Positions 44,353-53,094 of a stretch of DNA of 55,907 bases are shown here, one piece after another. The DNA comes from Reyranellaceae bacterium (GTDB taxonomy: Bacteria; Pseudomonadota; Alphaproteobacteria; Reyranellales; JAQSWP01), in NCBI GenBank assembly GCA_050185515.1, contig JBFWZG010000002.1:1-55907 (forward strand), read 5' to 3'. Numbering within the stretch: position 1 is the stretch's first letter; each line of letters opens with the position of its first letter. A model generated the notes under the pieces. It had not been told where the DNA came from and made no database searches. It saw only the letters and a program-made list of their open reading frames with translations. Made by a program: the position numbers and the translations under genes.

Positions 44353-45126
44353 ATGGCCCGCATCGGGCCGGTGTTCGTCTCGCACGGCTCGCCGATGCTG
44401 GCGCTGACGCCGACCCCGGCGCATCGCTTCCTGCGCGGGCTGGGCGAGAGCCTGCCGCGCCCGCGCGCCATCCTGTGCATTTCCGCTCACTGGGAAACCG
44501 AGACGCCGCAGCTGGGCGGCGTCGACGGTCCCGAAACCATCCACGACTTCTCCGGCTTCCCGCCGGAACTCTACCGGCTGCGCTACGCCGCGCCGGGCGC
44601 GCCCGATCTCGCCGACGAGGCGGCCGGCCTGCTGGGCGAGACCGGCATGGACGCCAGCATCGATCCGCAGCGCGGGCTCGATCACGGGGCCTGGGTGCCG
44701 CTGATGCTGATGTATCCGCAGGCCGACATTCCGGTGACGCAGCTATCCATCCAGCACCATCGCGGCGCCGCCTGGCATTTCGATCTCGGCCGCGCGCTGG
44801 CCCCGCTCTGCGACGACGACGTGCTGGTGCTGGGCTCCGGTTCGATCGTCCACAATCTGCGCGACCTGCGCTTCGAGGGCGGCGAGCCCGATCCGTGGGC
44901 GCGCGACTTCGAGCAGTACGCACACCAGGCCATCGTGGCGGGCGACGCCACAGCCCTGTCCGACTATCGCCAGCAGGCGCCCGGCGCACGCCGCGCGCAT
45001 CCGCGCGACGAGCATCTGCTGCCGCTGCTGGTGCCGTTCGGCGCCGCCGGCGGTCGCCCCGGCCAGGCCCTGCACCGCTCCTTCGAACTGGGCAATCTCG
45101 GCATGGGCGCCTGGGGCTGGGGCTGA
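44353..45126 (+). CDS. ygiD: class III extradiol dioxygenase (LigB family, 4,5-DOPA dioxygenase/YgiD-like)
   Basis: VFVSHGSPM N-terminus and AHWE. Also contains LDHGAWVPL and GSGSIVHNL blocks. Confidence 0.82.
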   Translation: MARIGPVFVSHGSPMLALTPTPAHRFLRGLGESLPRPRAILCISAHWETETPQLGGVDGPETIHDFSGFPPELYRLRYAAPGAPDLADEAAGLLGETGMDASIDPQRGLDHGAWVPLMLMYPQADIPVTQLSIQHHRGAAWHFDLGRALAPLCDDDVLVLGSGSIVHNLRDLRFEGGEPDPWARDFEQYAHQAIVAGDATALSDYRQQAPGARRAHPRDEHLLPLLVPFGAAGGRPGQALHRSFELGNLGMGAWGWG

Positions 45127-45260
45127 GCCGGCGGTCGGAATTGCGCCGCAATCCCCTGTAAAGTTTCGGTTTTTGCGACGCGGCACTGGCCATTCGGCCG
45201 GTTTCGCGATAGGTAGCGGAACCGGACGCTCCCAAGGCTCGAAAGGCGACGTATCGACCC

Positions 45261-47024
45261 ATGGCCCGTTTCTTCACCACCCTGCTCGCCATCATCGGCG
45301 GCCTCACCGTGCTGGTGATCGGCCTCGGCATTGCCGCGGCGCTCTGGCTGCAGCCGACCGCACCGACGCCGCCCGACCGCATCGTGCTCAAGCTCGATCT
45401 GCGCACCGCACCGGTCGAGTCGCCGGCCAGCGATCCGCTCGAGGCGCTGCTTTCCGAGCCGCGCCCCGTCATGTCGCAGATTGTCGAGACCCTGCTGCAG
45501 GCCCGCCTCGATCCGCGCGTCGCCGGCGCCGTGCTGCTGGTGGGCGACGAGAGCCCCGGCCTCGCCTCCGTGCAGGAGCTGCGCGAGGCTTTCACCGCGT
45601 TCCGCGCCGCCGACAAGTTCGTCGTCTCCTTCGCCACCTCCTTTGGCGAGGGCGGCAACGGCACCGGCGCCTACTACCTCGCCTCGGCGGGCGAAGTCTG
45701 GCTGCAGCCCTCTGGCGAGTTCGGCGTCACCGGCGTCTCGGCCGAAACGCCGTTCCTCAAGGGCGCGCTCGACAAGGTCGGCGTCGACCTGCAGGGCGGC
45801 CAGCGCTGGGAGTACAAGACCGCGCCCAACTCGCTGACCCGCAGCGACTACACCTGGCCGCATCGCGAGAACCTGCAGGCGCTGGTCGACAGCCTGTTCG
45901 CGCAGATCGTCGGCGACGTGTCGAAGGCGCGCGAAATTCCCGCCGAACAGCTGCGGGCGTTGATCGACCGCGCGCCGATCTCCGCCGCCGACGCCAAGCT
46001 GGCGAAGCTGGTCGACCGCATCGGCTACTGGGACGAGGCCGAAAGCCACGTGCTGCAGCTCGCCGGCAAGCGCGCCGGGCTGTTCGACATCGCCGACTAT
46101 CGCGCCATCGTCGATCCGCCGCACAGCGAGGGCCCTGTGATCGCGCTGATCCAGGGCAGCGGCGCCATCGCGGCCGGCGAAAGCGCCTACAGCATGGCCA
46201 ACGGCGACCGGCTGATGGGGGCCGACAGCATGACCGCGGCCTTGCGCGAAGCGGCCGAGGATCCCGCGGTCCGCGCCGTCGTGCTGCGCATCGATTCGCC
46301 CGGCGGCTCCTACGTCGCCTCCGACACCATCTTCCGCGAGGTGGCGCGCACCCGCAGCCGCGGCAAGCCCGTCATCGTCTCGATGGGCGACGTGGCCGCC
46401 TCGGGCGGCTATTTCGTCGCCCTGCCGGCCGACATGATCGTCGCCTCGCGCGCCACGCTGACCGGTTCGATCGGCGTCTTCGGCTACAAGCCGGTCGCCG
46501 CGCAGCTGCTGGAGGATATCGGCGTCAACGTCGGCCACATCCATGCCGGCGCCAATGCCGGCATGGAATCGCCGTTCCGCCGCTTCACCCCGGAGCAGAG
46601 CGCGGCACTCGAACGCTCGCTCGACCGGGTCTACGCCGATTTCACGCAACGGGTCGGCGAGGCGCGCAAGCTCAGCCCGCCGCAGGTCGACCAGGTGGCG
46701 CGCGGCCGCGTCTGGACCGGCATCGACGCCAAGCGGGTCGGGCTGGTCGACGAGCTGGGCGGGCTGGCGCTGGCGGTCGACTACGCCAAGGCCGCCGCCG
46801 GCATCGACACCACGTCCGGCATCACGCTGCGGCGACTGCCGGAACGGAAGGACCCGGTCGACGAGATCTTCGAGCGCATGTTCGGCCGCAGCGAGAGCGA
46901 CGAGGCGGTCGCCCTGCGCCGCATGATGCGCGGCGTTGCCGAGATCGGCCGCACGCTCAACGGTCTGGGCCTCACCGGCGATCGCGGCGCGCTCTCCATG
47001 CAGCCGCTCCGCCTGCGCTACTGA
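45261..47024 (+). CDS. sppA: signal peptide peptidase SppA, 67K type
   Basis: N-terminal TM segment and two S49 repeats. Contains IDSPGGSYVASD and GDVAASGGYFVA. Confidence 0.88.
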   Translation: MARFFTTLLAIIGGLTVLVIGLGIAAALWLQPTAPTPPDRIVLKLDLRTAPVESPASDPLEALLSEPRPVMSQIVETLLQARLDPRVAGAVLLVGDESPGLASVQELREAFTAFRAADKFVVSFATSFGEGGNGTGAYYLASAGEVWLQPSGEFGVTGVSAETPFLKGALDKVGVDLQGGQRWEYKTAPNSLTRSDYTWPHRENLQALVDSLFAQIVGDVSKAREIPAEQLRALIDRAPISAADAKLAKLVDRIGYWDEAESHVLQLAGKRAGLFDIADYRAIVDPPHSEGPVIALIQGSGAIAAGESAYSMANGDRLMGADSMTAALREAAEDPAVRAVVLRIDSPGGSYVASDTIFREVARTRSRGKPVIVSMGDVAASGGYFVALPADMIVASRATLTGSIGVFGYKPVAAQLLEDIGVNVGHIHAGANAGMESPFRRFTPEQSAALERSLDRVYADFTQRVGEARKLSPPQVDQVARGRVWTGIDAKRVGLVDELGGLALAVDYAKAAAGIDTTSGITLRRLPERKDPVDEIFERMFGRSESDEAVALRRMMRGVAEIGRTLNGLGLTGDRGALSMQPLRLRY

Positions 47025-47042
47025 GGATTTCGCCGTTCCTGA

Positions 47043-47792
47043 TCAGGCGGGATCGAAGCGCGCGCCGAGCAGGAACTCGCGGTTGCCGTCGGCGCCCTCG
47101 ATCGGGCTGTCGATCACGCCCAGCACGCGCCAGCCCGGCTGCGCGTTCACCCAGGCCGCGAGGCGCGCACAGACTTCGGCGTGCAGGATCGCATCGCGCA
47201 CGATGCCGCCCTTGCCGACCTGGCCCCTGCCGACCTCGAATTGCGGCTTGACCAGGGTCGCAAGCATCGCCCCCGGCGCCGCCAGCGCCAGCGCCGCCGG
47301 CAGCGCCTTCTCCAGCCCGATGAACGACACGTCGCAGACGATCAGCTCGACCGGATCGGGCACCTGCTCGCGCCCGATGCCGCGGATATTGGTGCGCTCC
47401 AGCACCACCACGCGCGGATCGGAGCGGAGCTTCCAGGCCAGCTGCCCGTGCCCGACATCGACGGCATAGACCTTCGCCGCGCCCCGCTGCAGCAGCAGAT
47501 CGGTGAAACCGCCCGTCGAGGCGCCGACGTCGAGCGCCACCTTGCCCGACGGATCGATGCCGAAGGCGTCGAGCGCACGCTCGAGCTTCAGCCCGCCGCG
47601 CGAGACGTAAGGGTGCGGCTGCCCGCGCACCTCGAGCGCCAGATCGGCGGCGACCTGCGTGCCCGGCTTGTCGAGCCGCTTCTCGCCGGCGAACACCTTG
47701 CCGGCCAGCACCAGCGCCTGCGCCTTGGCCCGCGTCTCGACCAGACCGCGTTCGACCAGCGCCTGGTCCAGCCGCATCCTGTCCTTGCTCAT
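47043..47792 (-). CDS. tlyA: TlyA family rRNA (cytidine-2'-O)-methyltransferase
   Basis: S4 domain MRLDQALVERGL and the FtsJ SAM motif DVGASTGGFTD. The start overlaps the MATE stop (ATGA). Confidence 0.9.
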   Translation of the reverse strand: MSKDRMRLDQALVERGLVETRAKAQALVLAGKVFAGEKRLDKPGTQVAADLALEVRGQPHPYVSRGGLKLERALDAFGIDPSGKVALDVGASTGGFTDLLLQRGAAKVYAVDVGHGQLAWKLRSDPRVVVLERTNIRGIGREQVPDPVELIVCDVSFIGLEKALPAALALAAPGAMLATLVKPQFEVGRGQVGKGGIVRDAILHAEVCARLAAWVNAQPGWRVLGVIDSPIEGADGNREFLLGARFDPA

Positions 47793-49237
47793 GCCAGCCT
47801 GCCGTCCAGCGCCGCCTGCAGCGCCGGCAGTTTCTCGCGCAAGGAAAAGCGGCCCAGCATGAGCGCCGCCGCCGCCATCAGCGCCACCACGAAGCCGATC
47901 CAGACGCCCTCGCCCGCCAGCCCGAACTCGAAGGCCAGCAATATGCCGACCGGCAGGCCCAGCACCCAGTAGCCGAAGGCGGCGAACAGCATCGGCGTTC
48001 GCGTGTCCTTCAGCCCGCGCAGCAGATTGGCGCCGATGACCTGCGCCGCATCGAAGATCTGGAACAGCGCGGCGATCGCCAGATACGTCGTCGCCAGCGC
48101 CAGCACCTGCTCGGTCTGCGCCGAGCCGTCGGCCGGCAGGAACACCGACACCAGCAGTTCGGGCACGGTCCACAGCACCACGGCCATGCAGGCCATGAAG
48201 CCGAAGCCGATCGCCACCGCCGTCCAGCCCGCGCGCGTCACCCCCGCCCGGTCGGCCGCGCCGGCCGCCAGCGCCACCCGGATGCCGGCGGCGTTGGCGA
48301 TGCCCATCGGCAGCATGAAGGTGAAGGACGCGATCTGCAGCGCGAACTGGTGCGCGGCCAGCTCGTAGATGCCGATGCGGCCCATGACGAAGGCAGAGCC
48401 CGCGAACAGCGCAATCTCGAACACCAGCGCCAGCCCGATCGGCGTGCCCAGCCGCAGCACCTCGGCAAAGCGCTTCCAGTCGGCGCGCCAGAAGCGGCCC
48501 AGAACGTGGAAGCGGCGGAAGCGCCTGTCGGTCAGCACATGCCCCAGCAGCAGCCCCACCATGACGAACTGCGCAAGGCTCGAGCCGATGCCCGCCCCCA
48601 GCACGCCCAGCGCCGGGAAGCCCAGATGGCCGTAGATCAGCACGTAGTTGAAGCCGACATTGGCCAGCAGCCCGATCCCCATGATGACCATCGGCGCCGT
48701 CGCCCGCTGGTAGCTGGAGACGAAGTTGCGCAGCACCGTGAACCAGGTGGCGAAGAACAGCGACGGCAGCAGCGCCTGCAGATAGGCGGCCGCGTCCTCC
48801 GCTATCTGCGGCTCCTGACCGGTCGCCAGCATCAGCGTTTCGCCCCACAGCAGCGCCACCGCGAAGGGCAACGCCACCAGCCCAGTCGCCCAGATCCCCT
48901 GGCGCAAGGTGCGGCGCACCTCGCGCATGGATTTTTCGCCCTTGCCGATGGCCTGAGCCATCATCGGCGCGGTGCCCATGGCCAGGCCGATCAGGAAGAT
49001 CAGCACGATCAGGAACACCGAGAAGCCCAGCGCGCCGGCCGCCACCGCCTGCGGCCCCACCCGCCCCAGCATGGCGACGTCGATGGCGTTCATCAGGATC
49101 TGCGCCAGATGCGAGGCGGCGATCGGCAGGCCGAGCGCCAGCATCGCCCTGGCCTGCGCTTTCCACGGGGCGAGGGACGGCGCGACGATCGCCGGCGTCG
49201 GGGACGCCGGCGCTATGGCATGCGGCCGTTCGGTCAT
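47789..49237 (-). CDS. MATE family efflux transporter
   Basis: 12 TM segments and LGLPIAASHLAQILMNAIDVAMLGRVG, a NorM-like N-terminus. Start set at MTERPH (ATG 49237). Confidence 0.86.
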   Translation of the reverse strand: MTERPHAIAPASPTPAIVAPSLAPWKAQARAMLALGLPIAASHLAQILMNAIDVAMLGRVGPQAVAAGALGFSVFLIVLIFLIGLAMGTAPMMAQAIGKGEKSMREVRRTLRQGIWATGLVALPFAVALLWGETLMLATGQEPQIAEDAAAYLQALLPSLFFATWFTVLRNFVSSYQRATAPMVIMGIGLLANVGFNYVLIYGHLGFPALGVLGAGIGSSLAQFVMVGLLLGHVLTDRRFRRFHVLGRFWRADWKRFAEVLRLGTPIGLALVFEIALFAGSAFVMGRIGIYELAAHQFALQIASFTFMLPMGIANAAGIRVALAAGAADRAGVTRAGWTAVAIGFGFMACMAVVLWTVPELLVSVFLPADGSAQTEQVLALATTYLAIAALFQIFDAAQVIGANLLRGLKDTRTPMLFAAFGYWVLGLPVGILLAFEFGLAGEGVWIGFVVALMAAAALMLGRFSLREKLPALQAALDGRLA

Positions 49238-49437
49238 GGGGCGCGGACTATGGCGAAGCGGCGGCTGGAAATCCAGAGGGGCGGGTTGAGCCCGGCGCCG
49301 GCCACCATTGCCGGCCGAACAATGCGCAACCCGAATTGGACCCCAGCACCCCTTCACGCAGGATTTACAGCAATCAGTGCATTGCCTATTGCTACTATTG
49401 CGGCGACGCGATGCGTCGAACCGGGAGAAAACAAGCA

Positions 49438-49788
49438 ATGCAGTTCATGATCCTCATCTACACCAACGAGAAAGACGAGATGAAGATGTCGCCCAAGGAT
49501 CAGGAGGCGATCATGGGTGCTTATATGAAATACACAAAAGACATGCAGGATGCCGGCGTCATGAAGCACGGCGAAGCGCTGCAGCCCTCGATGACGGCCA
49601 AGACCGTGCGCAAGGTCGACGGCAGGAAGACGACCATTGAAGGGGGTGCGGTGAAGAACCGCGAGACGCTGGGCGGGTACTACATGGTCGAGTGCAAGAA
49701 CATGGCCGAAGCCGTCAAATGGGCCGGCCGCTGCCCCGCCGCCAGCAACGGCTCGGTCGAAGTCCGCCCGGTGATGGTGTTCGGCTAG
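49438..49788 (+). CDS. YciI family protein
   Basis: MQFMILIY...GGYYMVECKNMAEAVKWA pattern. GGGAGA lies upstream of ATG 49438. Confidence 0.8.
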   Translation: MQFMILIYTNEKDEMKMSPKDQEAIMGAYMKYTKDMQDAGVMKHGEALQPSMTAKTVRKVDGRKTTIEGGAVKNRETLGGYYMVECKNMAEAVKWAGRCPAASNGSVEVRPVMVFG

Positions 49789-49820
49789 GCCGGCCTGCGA
49801 CCGTCTCGACTGTCGTTTGT

Positions 49821-49940
49821 CCCCTCTCCCGCTTGCGGGAGAGGGTGCCCGAAGGGCGGATGAGGGTGTGCGGCGCCCGATGCCGAGGAACACCCTCATC
49901 CGGGCTTCGCCCACCTTCTCCCGCAAGCGGGAGAAGGGCC
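49821..49940. repeat. REP-like nested inverted repeat element
   Basis: Imperfect ~45-nt arms at 49824-49868 and 49891-49936. Each arm carries a local palindrome (CTCCCGC-TT-GCGGGAG and CTCCCGC-AA-GCGGGAG). Confidence 0.75.
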
Positions 49941-49996
49941 AACTTGATGGAACCGCCTGACGGGCGAAGCTATCCCCCATGCTATCCTGACCGCCG

Positions 49997-51244
49997 ATGC
50001 CCCGCCCCGACGCTGCAGTCACCTTGCCGCCCGTCCTCCTGCTCGCCGCCCTGCTGGCGCTGATCGGCTTCCTCTACATCCCGACCGTTGCATGGTCCTT
50101 TGTCGACTGGAGCGGCTGGGCGCTGGCCGAACTGCACGTCAACTACGCCGCTGGGCCGGTGCGGCGCGGCCTGCCGGGCGAGATCGCCTGGCAGGTGGCG
50201 TCGCTGGGAATTCCCACGCGCGATTTCTTCGCCGCCGTCTTCATCGCGCTGGCCGCCCTGCAGGCGATCGCATTTGCCGCACTGGCCTGGCCGCTGGCAA
50301 CGCGCCACAAGCCGCTCTTCGTCGCCTTGATGCTGTCGCCGGCGCTGCTGCTGTTCCCCGCCTACGATACCGGCGCCTGGCTGCGCAAGGACATGCTGCT
50401 GGCGCTGGGCATCCTGCTGCACACGCTGGCGGTGCGTCGCGTGCTGACAGGACGGCTCGACCCCGCGCGCTATCGCCGCCTGGTCTGCCTGGCGCTGGCG
50501 CCGGCGCTGCTGCTGGTGACGCTGGCGCATGAGCTGCAGATCGTGATGTTGCCGCTGCACATGGCGCTGGTGCTGCTGACCACGAACGCCGGTGTCGCCA
50601 TGCGGCCGCAGGCCGCGCCACCGCCGACCGCCGCCATGCTGTCGCTGGCCACGGTCGCCGCGGTCGGAACGATCTTCGTCGTCGCCTTCCGCGGCGACGC
50701 AGTAATGGCGCAGGTCATTTGCGACTCCTGGCAGAACGTCGCGCCCATCGACTGCCTGGCCGTGCGGGCGATCGGGATGGAATTCTCGGCAGTCATCGAC
50801 TTCGACCTGAAGATTCTCAACAACAGGCTGGCGCTGGTGCTGTTCGCTCTCGCCTTCGCGCTGTCCCTGCTGCCTGCCGTGGCGCTTTCGCTCGCCGGCG
50901 ACCGGACGGGGCGCGCCCTGCTGCCGCTGCCCCTGATGGCGCTGGGCCTGCTGCCGCTGCTGACGATGTTCGTGCTGGGCTGGGACTGGGGCCGCTGGAT
51001 TCACCTGATCGCGCTTTCGGCCGTGGCGCTGCTGCTGGCAACCCCTTTTCCGCCGGCCGCGCCAGGGAGGACGCTATCGATGTCGGCCTCGTCGATGCGA
51101 AGACTCGCTGCCGGCGTGATCGCCTGGGTGCTGGCGCTGGCCTATGTCGGCGGCTGGCGCCTGCGTCATTGCTGCGAGATCGCCAACCTCGACGCCGGTC
51201 TCTACCCCACCTTCGTCCGCGCCATTGAGATCGTCGGCCGCTGA
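49997..51244 (+). CDS. hypothetical polytopic membrane protein (415 aa)
   Basis: About 9-10 hydrophobic segments. I recognise no family motif. Coding is supported by length and hydrophobic periodicity. Confidence 0.55.
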   Translation: MPRPDAAVTLPPVLLLAALLALIGFLYIPTVAWSFVDWSGWALAELHVNYAAGPVRRGLPGEIAWQVASLGIPTRDFFAAVFIALAALQAIAFAALAWPLATRHKPLFVALMLSPALLLFPAYDTGAWLRKDMLLALGILLHTLAVRRVLTGRLDPARYRRLVCLALAPALLLVTLAHELQIVMLPLHMALVLLTTNAGVAMRPQAAPPPTAAMLSLATVAAVGTIFVVAFRGDAVMAQVICDSWQNVAPIDCLAVRAIGMEFSAVIDFDLKILNNRLALVLFALAFALSLLPAVALSLAGDRTGRALLPLPLMALGLLPLLTMFVLGWDWGRWIHLIALSAVALLLATPFPPAAPGRTLSMSASSMRRLAAGVIAWVLALAYVGGWRLRHCCEIANLDAGLYPTFVRAIEIVGR

Positions 51245-51284
51245 GCCGGCCCGCCCGTGGACGCGACGGGTCTGGCGCAGGCTG

Positions 51285-52046
51285 TCATCGTTTCAGGAAG
51301 AACAGCACCGACATCGCAAGTCCGACAAGCACGATGGCGAAACGCAGAATGGAGGGGTTGGATATCCGTCGCGCCGCCCAGGCGCCGCAATAGCCTCCGG
51401 CGGCGGCGGCGCCGGCCATGACCAGGCCCTCGCGCCAATGGACGATCCCGGCGATGGCGAATGTCGCCGCCGAGATCACCGACAGGGCGGCGGAAAGCAG
51501 ATTCTTCAGCCCGTTCATTCCGCTCAGATTGACGTATCCGATCAGCCCGAAGGCCGCGAGAAGCAGAATTCCCAGCCCGCCATTGAAGTAGCCGCCATAG
51601 ATCGAGACCGCCACGAGCGCGGCCATCGACAGGAACCGGCCGGCCACTCCGACGCCGCGCTGCTGCAGCGCCGACATGATCGTCGGTCCCAGCGCGAACA
51701 GCGCCGTCGCGGTCAGCAGCAGCCAAGGCACGACGCCGTTGAACACGTCGGACGGGGTGACCAGAAGCAGCAGCGAGCCGGCGACGCCGCCGACGAGCGA
51801 TACGGCAACGGTTTCGCCCAGACGCAACGAGCCTTCCGGCCTGACGTCGCGCCGGAACGCATAGGCGCCGCCGATGTATCCGGGCAACGCCGCCACGGTC
51901 GCCGTCGCATTGGCGGCGATCGGCGGAACGCCGAGATAGACGAGCACCGGAAAGGTGATGAACGTGCCGCCGCCGGCGACGGCGTTCAGCGCACCGGCGG
52001 CGAATCCGGCGGCCAGCAGGAGCGCAATGTCGATCAACGCGGGCAC
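51285..52046 (-). CDS. sulfite exporter TauE/SafE family protein
   Basis: Internally duplicated 4+4 TM protein with GAxxGGGxF-type motifs (AVAGGGTFITFP and GGYFNGGLGILLL). Confidence 0.82.
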   Translation of the reverse strand: MPALIDIALLLAAGFAAGALNAVAGGGTFITFPVLVYLGVPPIAANATATVAALPGYIGGAYAFRRDVRPEGSLRLGETVAVSLVGGVAGSLLLLVTPSDVFNGVVPWLLLTATALFALGPTIMSALQQRGVGVAGRFLSMAALVAVSIYGGYFNGGLGILLLAAFGLIGYVNLSGMNGLKNLLSAALSVISAATFAIAGIVHWREGLVMAGAAAAGGYCGAWAARRISNPSILRFAIVLVGLAMSVLFFLKR

Positions 52047-52192
52047 CTTGCCAGGTTAGGAAGTCGCGGCCGGCGCATCAGGCGCACCGCAAGCCGTCTC
52101 CTAGCACGGCGTGGCGCGCCGGTGGGACATTCCGGCCTGCATGCCCTGCGACGCAGACCGGCAACGCCGACATGGTCTCGTGTGTCCGATTT

Positions 52193-52804
52193 CTACCGCG
52201 ACGCCGTCGTGTTCGCGTCCTGATCGCCTTGCCGCAGCTTGACGTCGTCCGGTTCGGTCTTTGGCGGCACCCGCGGCGGCTTGGGATGCAGTTCGACGAA
52301 GCGCAGCGCCAGCGCCAGCATCACGATGCTGAACGGCAGCACCAGGAACTTGGCGATCTGCAGCCAGTCGAGCATCGTCTGCGGGTTCTGGAACGACTGC
52401 AGCGCCACGCGCAGGAACAGCACGAACAGAATCACGATGATGACTTCGGCCACCACCTGCTTGAGCTGGCCGATCTGGTGCACGCGCAGCCAGACCGGCA
52501 GCGCCAGCGCCTCTTCCGATTCCTCGGGGTGGATGAACAGCGAATAGACGCCGTAGCTGAAATAGATCAGAACGATGGCGATGAGGAAGCGGTCGAGACC
52601 TTCGATGATGCGGATCACAGCGTCGGTGCCGAACGGGGCCTCGGAATCGGCGATCGGCTCGAACATTTCGTGAAACGCCTCGTAGACGTTGAACAGGCCG
52701 AGCAGGAACATCAGCAGCGCACCGGCCAGCGAGCCGAACACGGCGAGGATTGCGAAGAATCGCGAGCTGACGACCACCCGCCGTTCGAATTTCCTGATAT
52801 CCAT
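52193..52804 (-). CDS. YqhA (UPF0114) family membrane protein
   Basis: FERRVVVSSRFFAILAVFGSLAGALLMF and LIAIVLIYF pattern. ATG 52804 is preferred over TTG 52810. Confidence 0.72.
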   Translation of the reverse strand: MDIRKFERRVVVSSRFFAILAVFGSLAGALLMFLLGLFNVYEAFHEMFEPIADSEAPFGTDAVIRIIEGLDRFLIAIVLIYFSYGVYSLFIHPEESEEALALPVWLRVHQIGQLKQVVAEVIIVILFVLFLRVALQSFQNPQTMLDWLQIAKFLVLPFSIVMLALALRFVELHPKPPRVPPKTEPDDVKLRQGDQDANTTASR

Positions 52805-52971
52805 GCGCAAGAAGCCTCTGACCGGTGCTGCGGTATCCAGAGACTAATGGTCCGAAAGGTCGATGGTTCCGCGCTGCCGGGGATTCCACCCCCGCCCCCC
52901 TTTCGTCGTGTCGAGCGGAGCGAGACATCTCTTGACCTCTCTCCCGGCATGCCGCCTGCCGGCGTCAAACG

Positions 52972-53008
52972 ATTCCTCGCTCCTGAGCCCGTCGAAGGGG
53001 CTCGGAAT
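52972..53008. repeat. REP-like bulged hairpin (ATTCC...GAGCCC-GTCGAAG-GGGCTC-GGAAT)
   Basis: Arms read directly from the sequence. It translates to the '...ARND'-type junk ORFs typical of Rhizobiales intergenic repeats. Confidence 0.5.
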
Positions 53009-53010
53009 GA

Positions 53011-53050
<40 letters not shown>

Positions 53051-53094
53051 CCGCCCGTCAGCCCGAAACGGAACCCGATCGGATCGAACCCAGC

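Noticed and set aside
53081-53091. A GGGTTCGATCC (minus strand) T-arm-like motif just after the dxs stop, which could be a tRNA or a tRNA-derived att remnant.
   Set aside because: I could not fold the flanking sequence into a T-stem, acceptor stem or anticodon arm. An 11-mer match alone is insufficient, and no integrase or island genes are nearby.
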